The notes under the pieces were generated by a model. It did not search any database, was not told the DNA's origin, and saw nothing but the letters and a program-made list of their open reading frames with translations. Shown here piece after piece: positions 27,535 to 45,450 of a stretch of 64,000 nt of DNA. The stretch is from the human T2T-CHM13v2.0 reference genome, Homo sapiens: assembly GCF_009914755.1 (NCBI RefSeq), contig NC_060935.1; one strand, given 5' to 3'. Every line of letters begins with the position of its first letter. The first letter of the stretch is position 1. The position numbers and the translations under genes are program-made.

Positions 27535-28441
27535 AGGAGAGGAGCCAAGATGGCCGAATAGGAACAGCTCTGGTCTACAGCTCCCAGCGTGAGCGACGCA
27601 GAAGACGGGTGATTTCTGCATTTCCATCTGAGGTACCGGGTTCATCTCACTAGGGAGTGCCAGACAGTGGGCACAGGTCAGTGGGTGCGTGCACCGTGCG
27701 CAAGCCGAAGCAGGGCAAGGCATTGCCTCACTCGGGAAGCGCAAGGGGTCAGGGAGTTCCCTTTCCTAGTCAAAGAAAGGGGTGACAGATGGCACCTGGA
27801 AAATCAGTTCACTCCCACCCGAATACTGCGCTTTTCCGACAGGCTTAAAAAACGCCGCACCAGGAGATTATATCCCCCACCTGGCTGGGAGGGTCCTACG
27901 CCCACGGAGTCTCGCTGATTGCTAGCACAGCAGTCTGAGATCAAACTGCAAGGCGGCAGCGAGGCTGGGGGAGGGGCGCCCACCATTGCCCAGGCTTGCT
28001 TAGGTAAACAAAGCAGCAGGGAAGCTCGAACTGGGTGGAGCCCACCACAACTCAAGGAGGCCTGCCTGCCTCTGTAGGCTCCACCTCTGGGGGCAGGGCA
28101 CAGACAAACAAAAAGACAGCAGGAACCTCTGCAGACTTCAATGTCCCTGTCTGACAGCTTTGAAGAGAGCAGTGGTTCTCCCAGCACGCAGCTGGAGATC
28201 TGAGAACAGGCAGACTGCCTCCTCAAGTGGGTCCCTGACCCCTGACCCCCGAGCAGCCTAACTGGGAGGCACCCCCCAGCAGGGGCAGACTGACACCTCA
28301 CAGGGCCGGGTACTCCAACAGACCTGCAGCTGAGGGTCCTGTCTGTTAGAAGGAAAACTAACAAACAGAAAGGACATCCACGCCAAAAACCCATCTGTAC
28401 ATCACCATCATCAAAGACCAAAAGTAGAAAAAACCACAAAG
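27535..28441. promoter_or_regulatory. L1 5'UTR: sense promoter (YY1 site AAGATGGCC 27547-27555) and antisense promoter
   Basis: Complete CpG-containing L1PA 5'UTR. The bidirectional promoter is established for this family; activity at this locus is not shown by sequence. Confidence 0.75.
27804..27986 (-). pseudogene. L1 ORF0, 60 aa (premature stop relative to the 71-aa consensus)
   Basis: MVGAPPPASLPPCSLISDCCASNQRDSVGVGPSQPGGGYNLLVRRFLSLSEKRSIRVGVN* at the end of track ORF 27804-28439. Confidence 0.85.
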
Positions 28442-29458
28442 ATGGGGAAAAAACAGAGCAGAAAAACTGGAAACTCTAAAAAGCAGAGCGCCTCTCCTCC
28501 TCCAAAGCAACACAGTTCCTCACCAGCAACGGAACAAAGCTGGACGGAGAATGACTTTGACGAGCTGAGACAAGAAGGCTTCAGACGATCAAAGTACTCT
28601 GAGCTACGGGAGGAAATTCAAACCAAAGGCAAAGAAGTTGAAAACTGTGAAAAAAGTTTAGAAGAATGTATAACTAGAATAACCAATACAGAGAAGTGCT
28701 TAAAGGAGCTGATGGAGCTGAAAACCAAGGCTCGAGAACTACGTGAAGAATGCAGAAGCCTCAGGAGCTGACGCGATCAACTGGAAGAAAGGGTATCAGC
28801 GATGGAAGATGAAGTGAATGAAATGAAGCAAGAAGGGAAGTTTAGAGAAAAAAGAATAAAAAGAAATGAGCAAACCCTCCAAGAAATATGGGACTATGGG
28901 AAAAGACCAAATCTACGTCTGACTGGTGTACCTGAAAGTGATGGGGAGAATGGAACCAAGTTGGAAAACACTCTGCAGGATATCATCCAGGAGAACTTCC
29001 CCAATGTAGCAAGGCAGGCCAACATTCAAATTCAGGAAATACAGAGAACGCCACAAAGATACTCCTCGAGAAGAGCAACTCCAAGACACATAATTGTCAG
29101 ATTCACCAAAGTTGAAATGAAGGAAAAAATGTGAAGGGCAGCCAGAGAGAAAGGTCCGGTTACCCACAAAGGGAAGCCCATCAGACTAACAGCGGATCTC
29201 TCGGCAGAAACTCTACAAGCCAGAAGACAGTGGGGGCCAATATTCAACATTCTTAAAGAAAAGAATTTTCAACCCAGAATTTCATATCCAGCCAAACTAA
29301 ACTTCATAAGTGAAGGAGAAATAAAATACTTTACAGACAAGCAAATGCTGAGAGATTTTGTCACCACCAGGCCTGCCCTAAAAGAGCTCCTGAAGGAAGC
29401 GCTAAACATGGAAAGGAACGACCGATACCAGCCGCTGCAAAATCATGCCAAAATGTAA
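28442..29458 (+). pseudogene. L1 ORF1p, 338-codon span, disrupted by stops at 28769-71 and 29132-34
   Basis: MGKKQSRKTGNSK...; REKRIKRNEQ; RRATPRHIIVRF; normal TAA at 29456-58. Confidence 0.95.
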
Positions 29459-29521
29459 AGACCATCGAGACTAGGAAGAAACTGCATCAACTAATGAGCA
29501 AAATAACCAGCTAACATCATA

Positions 29522-33527
<4,006 letters not shown>

Positions 33528-33729
33528 ACAATGAGAACAGCTGGACACAGGAAGGGGAACATCACACTCTGGGGACTGTTGTATGGTGGGGGGAGGCGGG
33601 AGGGATAGCATTGGGAGATATATCTAATGCTAGATGAGGAGTTAGTGGGTGCAGCACACCAGCATGGCACATGTATACATATGTAACTAACCTGCACATT
33701 GTGCACATGTACCCTAAAACTTAAAGTAT

Positions 33730-33807
33730 AATAATAATAAATTAAAAAACAAACAAAAAACAAAAACAAAAAAACAAAAAAAAACAAAAACAAAACAAAC
33801 AAACAAA
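33730..33807 (+). repeat. L1 poly(A) tail degenerated into an A(n)C simple repeat
   Basis: aataataataaattaaaaaacaaacaaaaaacaaaaac... Confidence 0.9.
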
Positions 33808-36740
33808 AAAAACTTATTTTTGTCACCTAATGTATGGCCTATCCTTGAGAATGATCCATGTGCTGAGGAGAACATATATTCTGTAGCTGCTGGATGAAAT
33901 GTTCTATAGATATCTATTAGGTACATTTGTTTTATAGTGCAGATTAAGTGTGATGTTTCTTTATTGAACTTTCTGTCTCGATCTGTCCAATGCTGAAAGT
34001 GGGGTATTGAAGTCTCCAGCTATTATTGTACTGGTGTCTATTCTTTAGCTCTAATAATATTTGCTTTATATATCTGGGTGCTCCAGTGTTGGATGCATGT
34101 GGCAGGACTTACTCCTGCCATTTTGTTATTTGTTTTCTGGTTGTTTTGCAGTCTTCTCTTCCTTGTTTCCTTCCTGTCTTCCTTTTAGTGAAGGTAATTT
34201 TCTCTGGTGGTATGTTTTCATTTATTTTTATTTTTACCCCCTTTTGTTTTGTGTGTATTTGTTGTATGTTTTTCAATTCAAGGTTACCATGAGGCTTGCA
34301 AATAATATCCTATAACCAATTACTTTAATGACAAGTTAACACTAATTGCATAAAAGCAAGCAAAAAGAAAAATAAAAACTCTATACTTTAACTTTGTTCC
34401 CCCACTTTTTAACTTTTTGTTGTTTCTATTTCTACCTCATTGCTCTGTATATGTCTTGAAAAGTCCTTGTGGTTTTTATTTTTTATTGGTTCATCTTTTA
34501 GTCTTTCTATTTAAGAGGAGTTTACACATGACAGTTACAGTGTTATAAGTATTGCCAGTGAGTTTTGTACCTTCAGATGATGTCTTATTTCTTATTAATG
34601 TTTTTTTCTTTCTGATGGAGCTATTCCCTTTATCATTTCTTGTAAGACAGGTCTGGTGTTGATGAAATCCCTCTACTTTTGTTTGGGAAAGTATTTCTCC
34701 CACGTGTTTGAAGAATATTTTTGCTAGATATACTATGCTAGGATAAAAGCCTCTTTCCTTCAGCACTTTAAGTATATCAGGCCACTCTCTCTGGCCTGTC
34801 AAGTTTCCATGAAATAATCTGCTGTCAGACATACTAGAGCTCTATTGTATGTTATTTCTTTCTTTTCTCTGGTTGCTTTCAAGATCCTTTCTTTATCCTT
34901 GACCTTTGGGAGTTTGATATTACATGTCTTGATATATTCTTCTTTGGATTAAATCTGCTAGCTGTTCTATAACCTTCTTGTACTTCAATATTAATATCTT
35001 TCTCTAGTTTGGGGTAATTTTCTGTTATTATCACTTTGAGTAAACTTTCTACCCCTATCTCTCTCTACCTCCTCTTTAAGGCCAATAACTCTTAGATTTG
35101 CCCCATTGGGGCTATTTTCTAGATCTTGTAGGTATGCTTCATTCTTTTTTCTTTGGTGTTCTGCCTGTCTTCAAGCTCACAAATTCTTTCTTCCACTTGA
35201 TCAATTCTGCTGCTGTTAAGAGACTCTGATGCATTCCTTAGCTTTATTGAAATCTTTCACTTGGTTTTGAATCCAATAGTAAAATCTAACTTTTTCATTA
35301 GAACACTGTGGCTGTCATAATCAAAGCTATTCCTAATTTCACAGATATTAGAGGTTTTTCTGGTAAATATGGTCTATCTTTGGAAAAAATAAAAGCTGCC
35401 AACTCTCTAAGCACCGAGTACTCATGTCATTACACTCTTCTGATTTTAATGTTAAAATGCTTTTTCTCTAAGTGTCTTTCTAACGCCACTTAAACCATCC
35501 TAATTGGAATCTAGGGCTTAGTCTATTAATTTTTTAAGTATCAGAAATAAAGAAAACTTTTTTAAAAATCAGCTTTCTCATATAATACTACTAGCAGAAT
35601 AGTTTTAGAAAAGCTTTAGCAGAGAATCAAAAGACCAGGGTTTTATTATCATCTCAGCAATTACTAAGTAGCTACATAACACTGAGCAAGCTATGAAATC
35701 TGAGATTTCAATTTCTAATTTTTTTAATGAATGAATTTTAGCATTTAAGAAATAAATATAACTTACCTAAAACTGTCACTTTTCTCTTTGGTTTTCTAAA
35801 TCTTAACTTTATACAAATTTTCCCAATTTTTGAAGTGATTTTTCTAAATTTCTACATGCAGTTCAGATTCTAGATAATTTTTGGCCAGACTTAAAGTATC
35901 TTTAAGAGTTAGCCAGAATTAACTGTTTAAAAAAGTACATTTTACTAAGGACTTTTATCTTTATAATTAATCTATGAAATTGTGACTCCCTTTTTAGCTT
36001 TCATTACATTTCAAAAGAGGTCAGAAATATTCCCACCATCCTCCTTCCTGGACACATCTCAATTCAATGCAATAGTAAACTATTTCTGAATGTTAAATAC
36101 AAGTTACATAAAAATTCTCCCAATTAAGAGATATGAGTATAATTCCAAGGCATTTCTTGAAAGTGAGGAAAGTTTAGTGGTGATAATAATTTGCTATAAA
36201 AGTAGATACAGCCATATCATTGATAAATTTATATTTGATTAATGAGCTTTTAGTTCTCAAAGACTAAAAAACTTTTCTTCAATAAATACACATATGTGTT
36301 TACTTTGTCACCTTAGTAACTCTCACCCTAAAATTTTGTACATTGGTGACTTTTTATAGACACATAAGTACCACTAGAGGCCACCAAATACTTCATCTTA
36401 TTAAATCAACAGATTTGCAAGTTATTCTGGCTAGCTTAAAGGTACTTTAAATTAAGCTAAGTTACAAGGAGATGACCATACATGGTAATATCCGTAACTG
36501 GAAACTCTCAAAGAATTATTCAAAGTCAAGCAAAAAGATGTAAACATATTTCGTACAGTAATTAGGATGTATGGATGTATAGATGTATAATTCGACAAAA
36601 AGCTTTATGAGATCAAAATGGGGGGGTAGGTAATATAAAAATTCATTCCTTACGTACCTTTGAAAGTAGACCTAGAGAGATGACCTACAGGAATGACCTA
36701 GAGAGATGGTGTTCTCTCAAATTGCTGTTGTCCTTTATAA

Positions 36741-37510
<770 letters not shown>

Positions 37511-38094
37511 CATCACCCCACATTTTCTAATATACCCAAAATTCTGGCTTGAAGAAGAAAACCTGGCATCTGGCAAAAATAACACCTGAGTAAACTTTGC
37601 TCTCCCTTTCTAGGTGAAAGCGCTGCTTAAAGCGTCCCACATCCTCTCATTTCTTCCAGCGTCCTCCTCCTTTCCAATGGTAAATAGTAAAAACTAGAAG
37701 GCCCAAGTAGCATCCAAAGATTCTGTAGATCCAAGGGAAACTTCTAAAAAAAATGGGGCTTATTGCTATTGTATTATCCACCTTTTCTGCATGGTTATAT
37801 ACTATTTTTCAAGGTTTTTCAGGAAATCCAGAGAAACTTTAATCAGTCACGGTTTTGACATTCTCTCTAAAAAATCTTGGCTTAACTAAAGGTCTCAAAA
37901 TCCTAAGTTTTCTTTTAAAAACTTTATAGTGTTAGCTTTTACATTTAGACTATGATCCATTTCAAGTTACTTTTTGTGTATGGTTTAAGGGTCAAGGCTC
38001 ATTTTTTTCCTAAATGGATATCCAGTTGTTCTAGCACCATTTGGGCTTATCACTTCCACAACTGAATTACATTAGCAACTCGGTCCAAAAACCA

Positions 38095-38530
38095 ATTTAT
38101 GAAGTCAGGCACAGAATGATAACTACTGTGTGTTCTCATCCATATGTAGAAGCTAAAAACACAAAAAACAAAAATTTGAGCTCATAGAAGCAGAGAGTAG
38201 AATTGTGGTTATTAGAGGCTGGGAAGGATGTGGGGAGGGAAGGAAAGGAAGAGATTGGTTAACAGACACAGAGTCATAGCTAAATGGGAAATATAAGTTC
38301 TCGTGTTCTGTAGCACCGTTAAGGTGAATATGGTTAACAATAATTTAGTGTATATTTTCAAAAACTTAGAAGATTCTGAACGTTCACAACACAGAGAAAT
38401 GATAGGTATTTGAGGTGATGGATACACTAATTTGATTCCACCATTATACATTGCATACATGTACTGAAATATCACCCTGTTTCCCATAAACATGTAGAAT
38501 TATTACATATCAACTAAAAATAAAAGGAAA
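38095..38530 (+). mobile_element. L1MA 3' end inserted in older reverse L1M sequence (~37900-38770)
   Basis: gagctcatagaagcagagagtagaattgtggtt...tttgaggtgatggatac...aactaaaaataaaa. Confidence 0.7.
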
Positions 38531-38988
38531 AAACAAAAAAGATAACACATGCTTTTCTTTCAATAAAGTGGAACATTTCAGAAAAAAGAAATAAATTCAT
38601 GATATATATGTGAGTTTGCTTCTAGACTGTACCATGGATCTACATGTCTATTCCTTAAGCTAATACCATACTGTCTTGATTATTGAGCCTTATGGGATGT
38701 CTTGAAACCAGGTAGTATAAGTCTTCCAAACTTTGTTCTTTTTTTCCCAGATAGTTTTTGGCTACTTGCTATAAAATATGCCTTAGAGATTTATTCATTT
38801 CAGTACATAAAGCTTTATTTCATACTGTTTTAAAAAGTTAACTACAGTAAAATATATATAACACAAAATTTATCATCTTAACAATCTTAAGTGGACAGTT
38901 CAGATAGTGTTAAGTACATTCACACTGTTGTGCAACTAAACTCCAAAACTCTTTCCATCTTGCAAAATTCACAATCTATACCCACTAA

Positions 38989-39343
<355 letters not shown>

Positions 39344-39829
39344 AGTATTTGTGTTTTTTTGTGATTGGCTTATTTCCCTTAACATAGTGTCCCCAAGGTT
39401 CATCCTTCAGGTTGAACCTTGCATAACACAACAAATGTTGGCACATGTTGTAACATGTGTCAGAATTTTCTTCCTTTTTAAGGCTGAATAATATTCTGGG
39501 GGGGGGTGTGTGTGTGCGTGCACACGTGTATCACATCTCACTTGTCTATTCATCTGTCTATGGACATTCAGGTTGCTTCCACCATTTGACTACTGTGAAC
39601 AATGCTACTATAAACATGTGTATGAATATCTGTTTGAATCCCAGCTTTCAGTTCTTTTAGGATATACCCAGAAGTGAAATTGTTAGGTCATATGGTAATT
39701 TTATTTTCAATTTTTTTTGAAGACTCTCCATACCATTTTCCATAGTGGCTGCACCATTTTACGTTCCCACCAACAGTGCACAAGAGTTCCAGTTTCTCCC
39801 TAATCTTGCTAACATTTGTTATTTTCTGG

Positions 39830-40005
39830 GATTTTTGTTTTGTTTTGGGGCTTTTTTTAGAGTTGGAATCTCATCTATCACCCAAGCTGGAGTTGCAGTG
39901 GTGCAAATCATAGCTCACTGCTGCCTCCAACTACTAGGCTCAGGTGACCCTTCCATCTCAGCCTCCCCAGTTGCTGGGACTGCAAATGTGAGCCACTGTG
40001 CTTGG
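39830..40005 (-). mobile_element. Old Alu right monomer (FRAM/AluJ)
   Basis: tcatagctcactgctgcctccaactactaggctcaggtga. Confidence 0.7.
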
Positions 40006-40459
40006 CTTTTTTTTTTTTTTTTTAATAGCAATAATAATGGGCATGCAATAGTATCTTATGGTGGCTTTAATATGCATTTCCTTAATAATTGGTGATGTTA
40101 GCATCTTTTCGTGTGCTTGTAGATCTCCTTATCTCGTACTTTTTAACAGCTGTACTATGTTCTGATGAGTGGCTGTGGTACCGCTAATTCAACGAGTCCC
40201 CATACTAATGGTCATTTAGATAGTTTCCAACCTTTTGCATACAGGTAATTCATACATACACATATATATAAGTAACCATACAAATCAGTTGGTTCTAGAT
40301 AGCTCCAGTTTATGCATATTTTTGATTCAATCCTTTTCACTCTCAAAAACATTCTGGTTTGAATAAGACACAGTTACCCTAGTTTCAGATTAAGGATAAG
40401 ATAAATTGCTGAAACTGAAATTAGGCATGAACGAGCTGTGATTTAATCTTCCAGGCTAT

Positions 40460-41278
40460 TTGTTACCCAGAACTTACCTCATATTAGAAATTTAGTATTA
40501 GAAAAAGATATTTATATTTACCACTTGATTATAAAGGATACAACTAAGAAACAGACAAGTGGGAGAGATATACAGAGTGAGGTATGGCAGGGACCATGCC
40601 CTCTCTCAGGTGTACCACTTTCACAAGACATTAGTGTGTTCATTGGGCAAGCACAGCGGCTCATGCCTGTAATCTCAGTGCTTTGGGAGGGCGAGGTGAG
40701 GAGATTACTTGAGGCCAGGAGTTTGAGACCAGCCTGGGAAAGACAGACTCTGTCTCTAAGAAAAATAAGAAAATAGCTGGGCATGGTGGCACACACCTGT
40801 AGTCCTAGCTATTCTGGACACTGAGGCAGGAGATCGCTTGAGTCCAGGAGTTCGTGGTTACAATGAACTAAGATCACACCACTGCACTCCAGCCTGGATG
40901 ACAGAGTATGTAAGATCCTGTGTCTCTTTAAAACAATCAAAAAAAATGTGTTCATCAACCCAAAAGCTCTCTGAGCCCTGTTATCTAGGGGTTTTAATGG
41001 AGGTTTCACTAAGTAGGCATAACTGGTTAAATCATTGCCATTGGTGACTAAACTCAATCTCCAGCCCTTCTCTCTCCCCACTGGGGGTGAAAGTTCCAAC
41101 CCACTAAATGCATAATTGCTTCCTCTGGTGACCAGCCCCTATCCTGAAACTATTTAGGGCCTCTCAACCCAAGAGCCATCTCACTGGCATATAAAACACA
41201 GTAAATCACAAAGGTTTCAGGAGCTCTGTGCCAGAAACTGGGGGCAAAGACCAAACATTTATTTTTTCATTATACCAC
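40460..41278 (-). mobile_element. MER21C-like LTR interrupted by an AluJ
   Basis: attataaaggatacaact...ggttttaatggaggtttcact...gggtgaaagttccaacc...ends tataccaca. Confidence 0.7.
40645..40946 (+). mobile_element. AluJ
   Basis: Diverged dimer; TSD tgtgttcat on both sides. Confidence 0.85.
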
Positions 41279-41363
41279 AAAGACCAAATTAATGAGGTCA
41301 AAAAATAAAATGGTCAAGGAAAATTAAGATAAGGGAAACAATCTTTGGATTCAGCATGAACAG

Positions 41364-42220
41364 TGTGGCAGAGGAAAGCTATTTGTTCAGTAAATCTGTT
41401 TCCTTCTTCTCCTAAGCACACATCTAGGGTTTATTTACCAATCTCCTATTACAGCTAACTGGCTTTGTGATTGACTTCTGATTAATAGAATATGGATAAT
41501 ATATACTGCCTCCAGACATATCCCATAAAACTAACTTTTACTATCCTCCATGCTTTCTCTTACTACTCTGACGACCAACTACTGCTGCCTAAGAAGACCC
41601 TGAGGACTGTAACCAAGTACCCCCATTTTTCTGTGGGTGATTTAATTATTCTCTTTTTCCTCTCTCTCCTCTCTCTCTCTCTCTCCTTTTTCTCTCCTCT
41701 CTCTCTCTCTCTCCCTGCGTCCCCTCTCCACCTGCCTCAGAACTTACACCTACTTGGAGGGCTTGCTGAAAGCATGTCCACTTGGCACCTTTTACAACTT
41801 TTCCCAGGAAGGTGCCAACCCAACTGCCTAGTAGATAACTGCCTGGTAGCAGGGGGACCCCTGCCTTCGCTCATCTCCTCCCCTGCCTTATAAAAATGCC
41901 TGCTTTCTGCTCCAAAGGTGAAGTGGGACATTTAAAAGAAGAATGCTTTGTGCCTCTTCCCCCCAATGAGCTTTGGAATAAACTCACTTTTTTTTTTTTT
42001 AATCAGACATCACTCTTGTTAATTGAACTCTACATTTAGTGGGCATCTAACTTGCTTTTTCGTTACAAGACCACATTTTGAAAATGGCAAACCCCACTCC
42101 CATCTACCCTACTGCCACTAATTAGCCATTATGTAAATAAGGGGAAAAAAAACCTTCTATTATGTTAAGTTACTAAGATTTCCAGGTATATCTATTACAA
42201 AAGCTAGCATTACCTTAACC
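41364..42220 (+). mobile_element. MLT1 LTR interrupted by a younger LTR
   Basis: Starts tgtggcaga; ends ...tattatgttaagttactaagattt...tattacaaaagctagcattaccttaacc. Confidence 0.55.
41608..42067 (+). mobile_element. Solo LTR (LTR47-like) with an internal (CT)n tract
   Basis: TGTAACCAAGTACCCCC...CGTTACA termini; TATAAAA ~41889; AATAAA ~41977; flanks ggac / agac. Confidence 0.7.
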
Positions 42221-44242
42221 AATTCAGAAAAAATTAACTTCAACTTTGTGATTTCAGAACAGACAGGACATAAACTATACTTCAGAATAAATCCCTGCAA
42301 TGTGCGTGAGATAGAGGTATGAAATGAGAGTAAATAACAACAAATTGTAACATTACAAATATTAAAATATTAACAGATGATCATCTAATAACATCCCTGT
42401 AGGAAAATTATTATTATCAGAGAGAGTAAATTAACTTCGCTCAAGGCTTTTAAATTTCAAATCCCGTATTCTTTCTACTGAACCACATTAGTCTCTTAGA
42501 GAAATTGGGACAGCAAATGAAGACTCACTGAAAACATTTTATAATAAAGAAGAAATAGGATAGTAGCTAAAACATAAAGTCAAGAAATTTTTTTTTGCTA
42601 AAATTATAGATACAATGGAAATGGGATGAATAGAAATAGAATAGTAGCAAAAAGGAACTGGAACTTAAGAAGTACAGGATAAGCCATAAGGGTGATATGA
42701 CAGACAAGCACATGAGAGATGAGTAGCAGTATGATACCATGTAACGAAGTCCAGGCTGTCCGCAAACAATACACAGATGTAGTGGGTCAGGCCTGTGTAG
42801 CTCTACATCTTCCTCAGGAAGTTCTCTTTGGTCTTAAAGCATCAGGTAGAGCAGAACCCTAGCATGACAAGAAAACTTTGTCTAAAGTGGTTCTGAGAGC
42901 AGAAGTGAAGTACGTGACTGTAGGGGAAAGATTTTCTAGCATAACTGAGGGTATCGATGCACTGACAAAATAAGCAGAATTGAGAGACACTAGTTCTAGT
43001 ACAGGATAAACAAACCATTGTAGTGAGTATGGAGGAGTGTATTAGAATCATAACACCAAGATTAATTAATCTCTTCCTCAGAGATGATAAAATAATCTAC
43101 TACCTCACATGCACTTTCCAGACTTCATGAGGTTCCCTGCCCTGTGGTTTTATTACTTCAAAGAGACAACAGTCTGGGAGTGGGTACCAAAAATATGAGC
43201 TCAAACCACCATTTTCTAGCTTAAACTCCATTTATATCCACTTGCTTTGTTGTGAACATAACTTTTAAAATCCTTTTTATAGTTCTTAGTATGTTTTAAA
43301 AGCCAGGTCTTCATACTTCGTAGCAGTTTTCTTAAGTTTTCAGCCTCAACTCTATGCCAAATCAAGAGTCCTTCCACACACGGTTTATACCAAGCTTTGG
43401 ACCATCTTTAAAACTGTGTATTTTACCTCGCACCTTACCTCAGGACAGAGGCTTTAGATTCCATCTACAGTATCTACCATACATACCTTTTATAAACTTT
43501 TTAAAATCTGTCTTCTTCTATTTCTCAAACCTCTCTAGCTGGATAGTATCTGCCTATCTTTATTCTAAATAATTACTTATAAATCTAGCTTTATATACTC
43601 ACATGCAAGAACTTAAATTTTTACTTATTATATTTCATTTTCTTAAACATCCCATAACTCCTGCCTTTTAAAATGTTTGTGAACCCTGATTCTGTCATCT
43701 CATTCTCCTTTCAAGCATATTCTTCTACAAAAAGGAAGAGAAAAGTCTCTTCTAACCAAACAGTATTTACATCTATGTCAGATGGATGATTGCTACCCAT
43801 TTATTGTATGTATTGCATTCTAAACAGCTTAAAGAATTAAAGCATTACATGGTACTTATATTTACCTCTCTGTCCTCAAATAACATCCCATATTAAAGCT
43901 ACTTTTCCTATGTTACACCTGCACAATGTGGAATACAAGCTCTTTTTCCTCTCTTCTCCTCAATCTACATTTACAGAAGACTGAATTCATAGGGCAGGTA
44001 GTCAAATTGCTAGTGTATAATTTAAATAACAGAACCAATTTCGTAAGAACATTAAAGTTAGAAATTCTAACTGAATGCTTCTCTTTTTCAAGCCACAAAA
44101 TTTATTTACTACAGTACTTTAGTCTTCTAAAAAAATCAGGTACATCTAACAAAAACCTTAGTACAGGCATGCCCTACTGAGATTGTGGCATATTTTCTGA
44201 ATAATGATATAAAAAAATTCACTCCTAAAACAGGGCATCTTA

Positions 44243-44637
<395 letters not shown>

Positions 44638-45304
44638 TCATATAATCAGGAATAGATTGTTAACCATAGAATGCCTCTGAAAAACAATTTTCTTTGAAAT
44701 GCTGTCACTAAAATTAACTGCAACTTTATTTATATGACTGTCTGTGGTTTTCGTGTATGCCTAAAAAGCACAAGAGAAAGATAAAAATATCCCAGAATTG
44801 GAAAAGTAGTCATTATGTTTGGTTTAGCTTACTTTCATATTTTTATTTTTAAAATCCATCCGAATTAAAGTTTACCATTTTTCAATAGAAAAATAGAAGG
44901 CAATTTCTTTATGTAAAAATGGAAAAAGAAATTCAGCATCCTCTAAATTAAATTTGGAATTTGATTAGTGAATGAATGCCTAAAATCCTTTTCCACCAGT
45001 TGTAAGGCTGAACACATATCTATTTTTCATTTAGAACTTACATACATCAATTATGTGTTCCCTGGGAAGGAGAAGTGGCAACAGAAAATAATTTGAATAT
45101 AATATTATATTGTGAGCCCATGTGTGTTCTCAGATAAAATAAATAATAAAGTTGGTCCCTATTCAATAACACAGCCTTCTCTTAACATTTCTCAACCTTA
45201 GTTCTTCCAAATCACAGAATTCTACATTTACACTAAAAGACTAACCATTTACACTAAAATGCTAACCACAGCTAAAAGTGTCACTCCTAGAAATCTCTCA
45301 GATC

Positions 45305-45450
45305 TTGGCTGACACTAAGAGTCAAAAGATCAGGGTTTGAATCCTAGCTCTGCTGTATCCTTGCTGTTAGATCTCAGTAAAGTTATTTAAATTTCCTAAG
45401 CCTCTGTTTACTTATTTGTGAATTAATATACTACCACCATTATGTACGTG
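45305..45450 (+). mobile_element. MIR
   Basis: gggtttgaatcctagctctgct...aagttatttaaatttcctaagcctctgttt. Confidence 0.6.

Noticed and set aside
36371-36384. Second CTCF-like motif CCACTAGAGGCCAC
   Set aside because: Mismatch at a highly conserved core G; expected by chance in 64 kb.
37613-37679. Possible + strand exon (ccctttctag|...caatg|gtaaat) of an antisense RNA
   Set aside because: Splice-like motifs alone are common; no partner exons or other support are visible.
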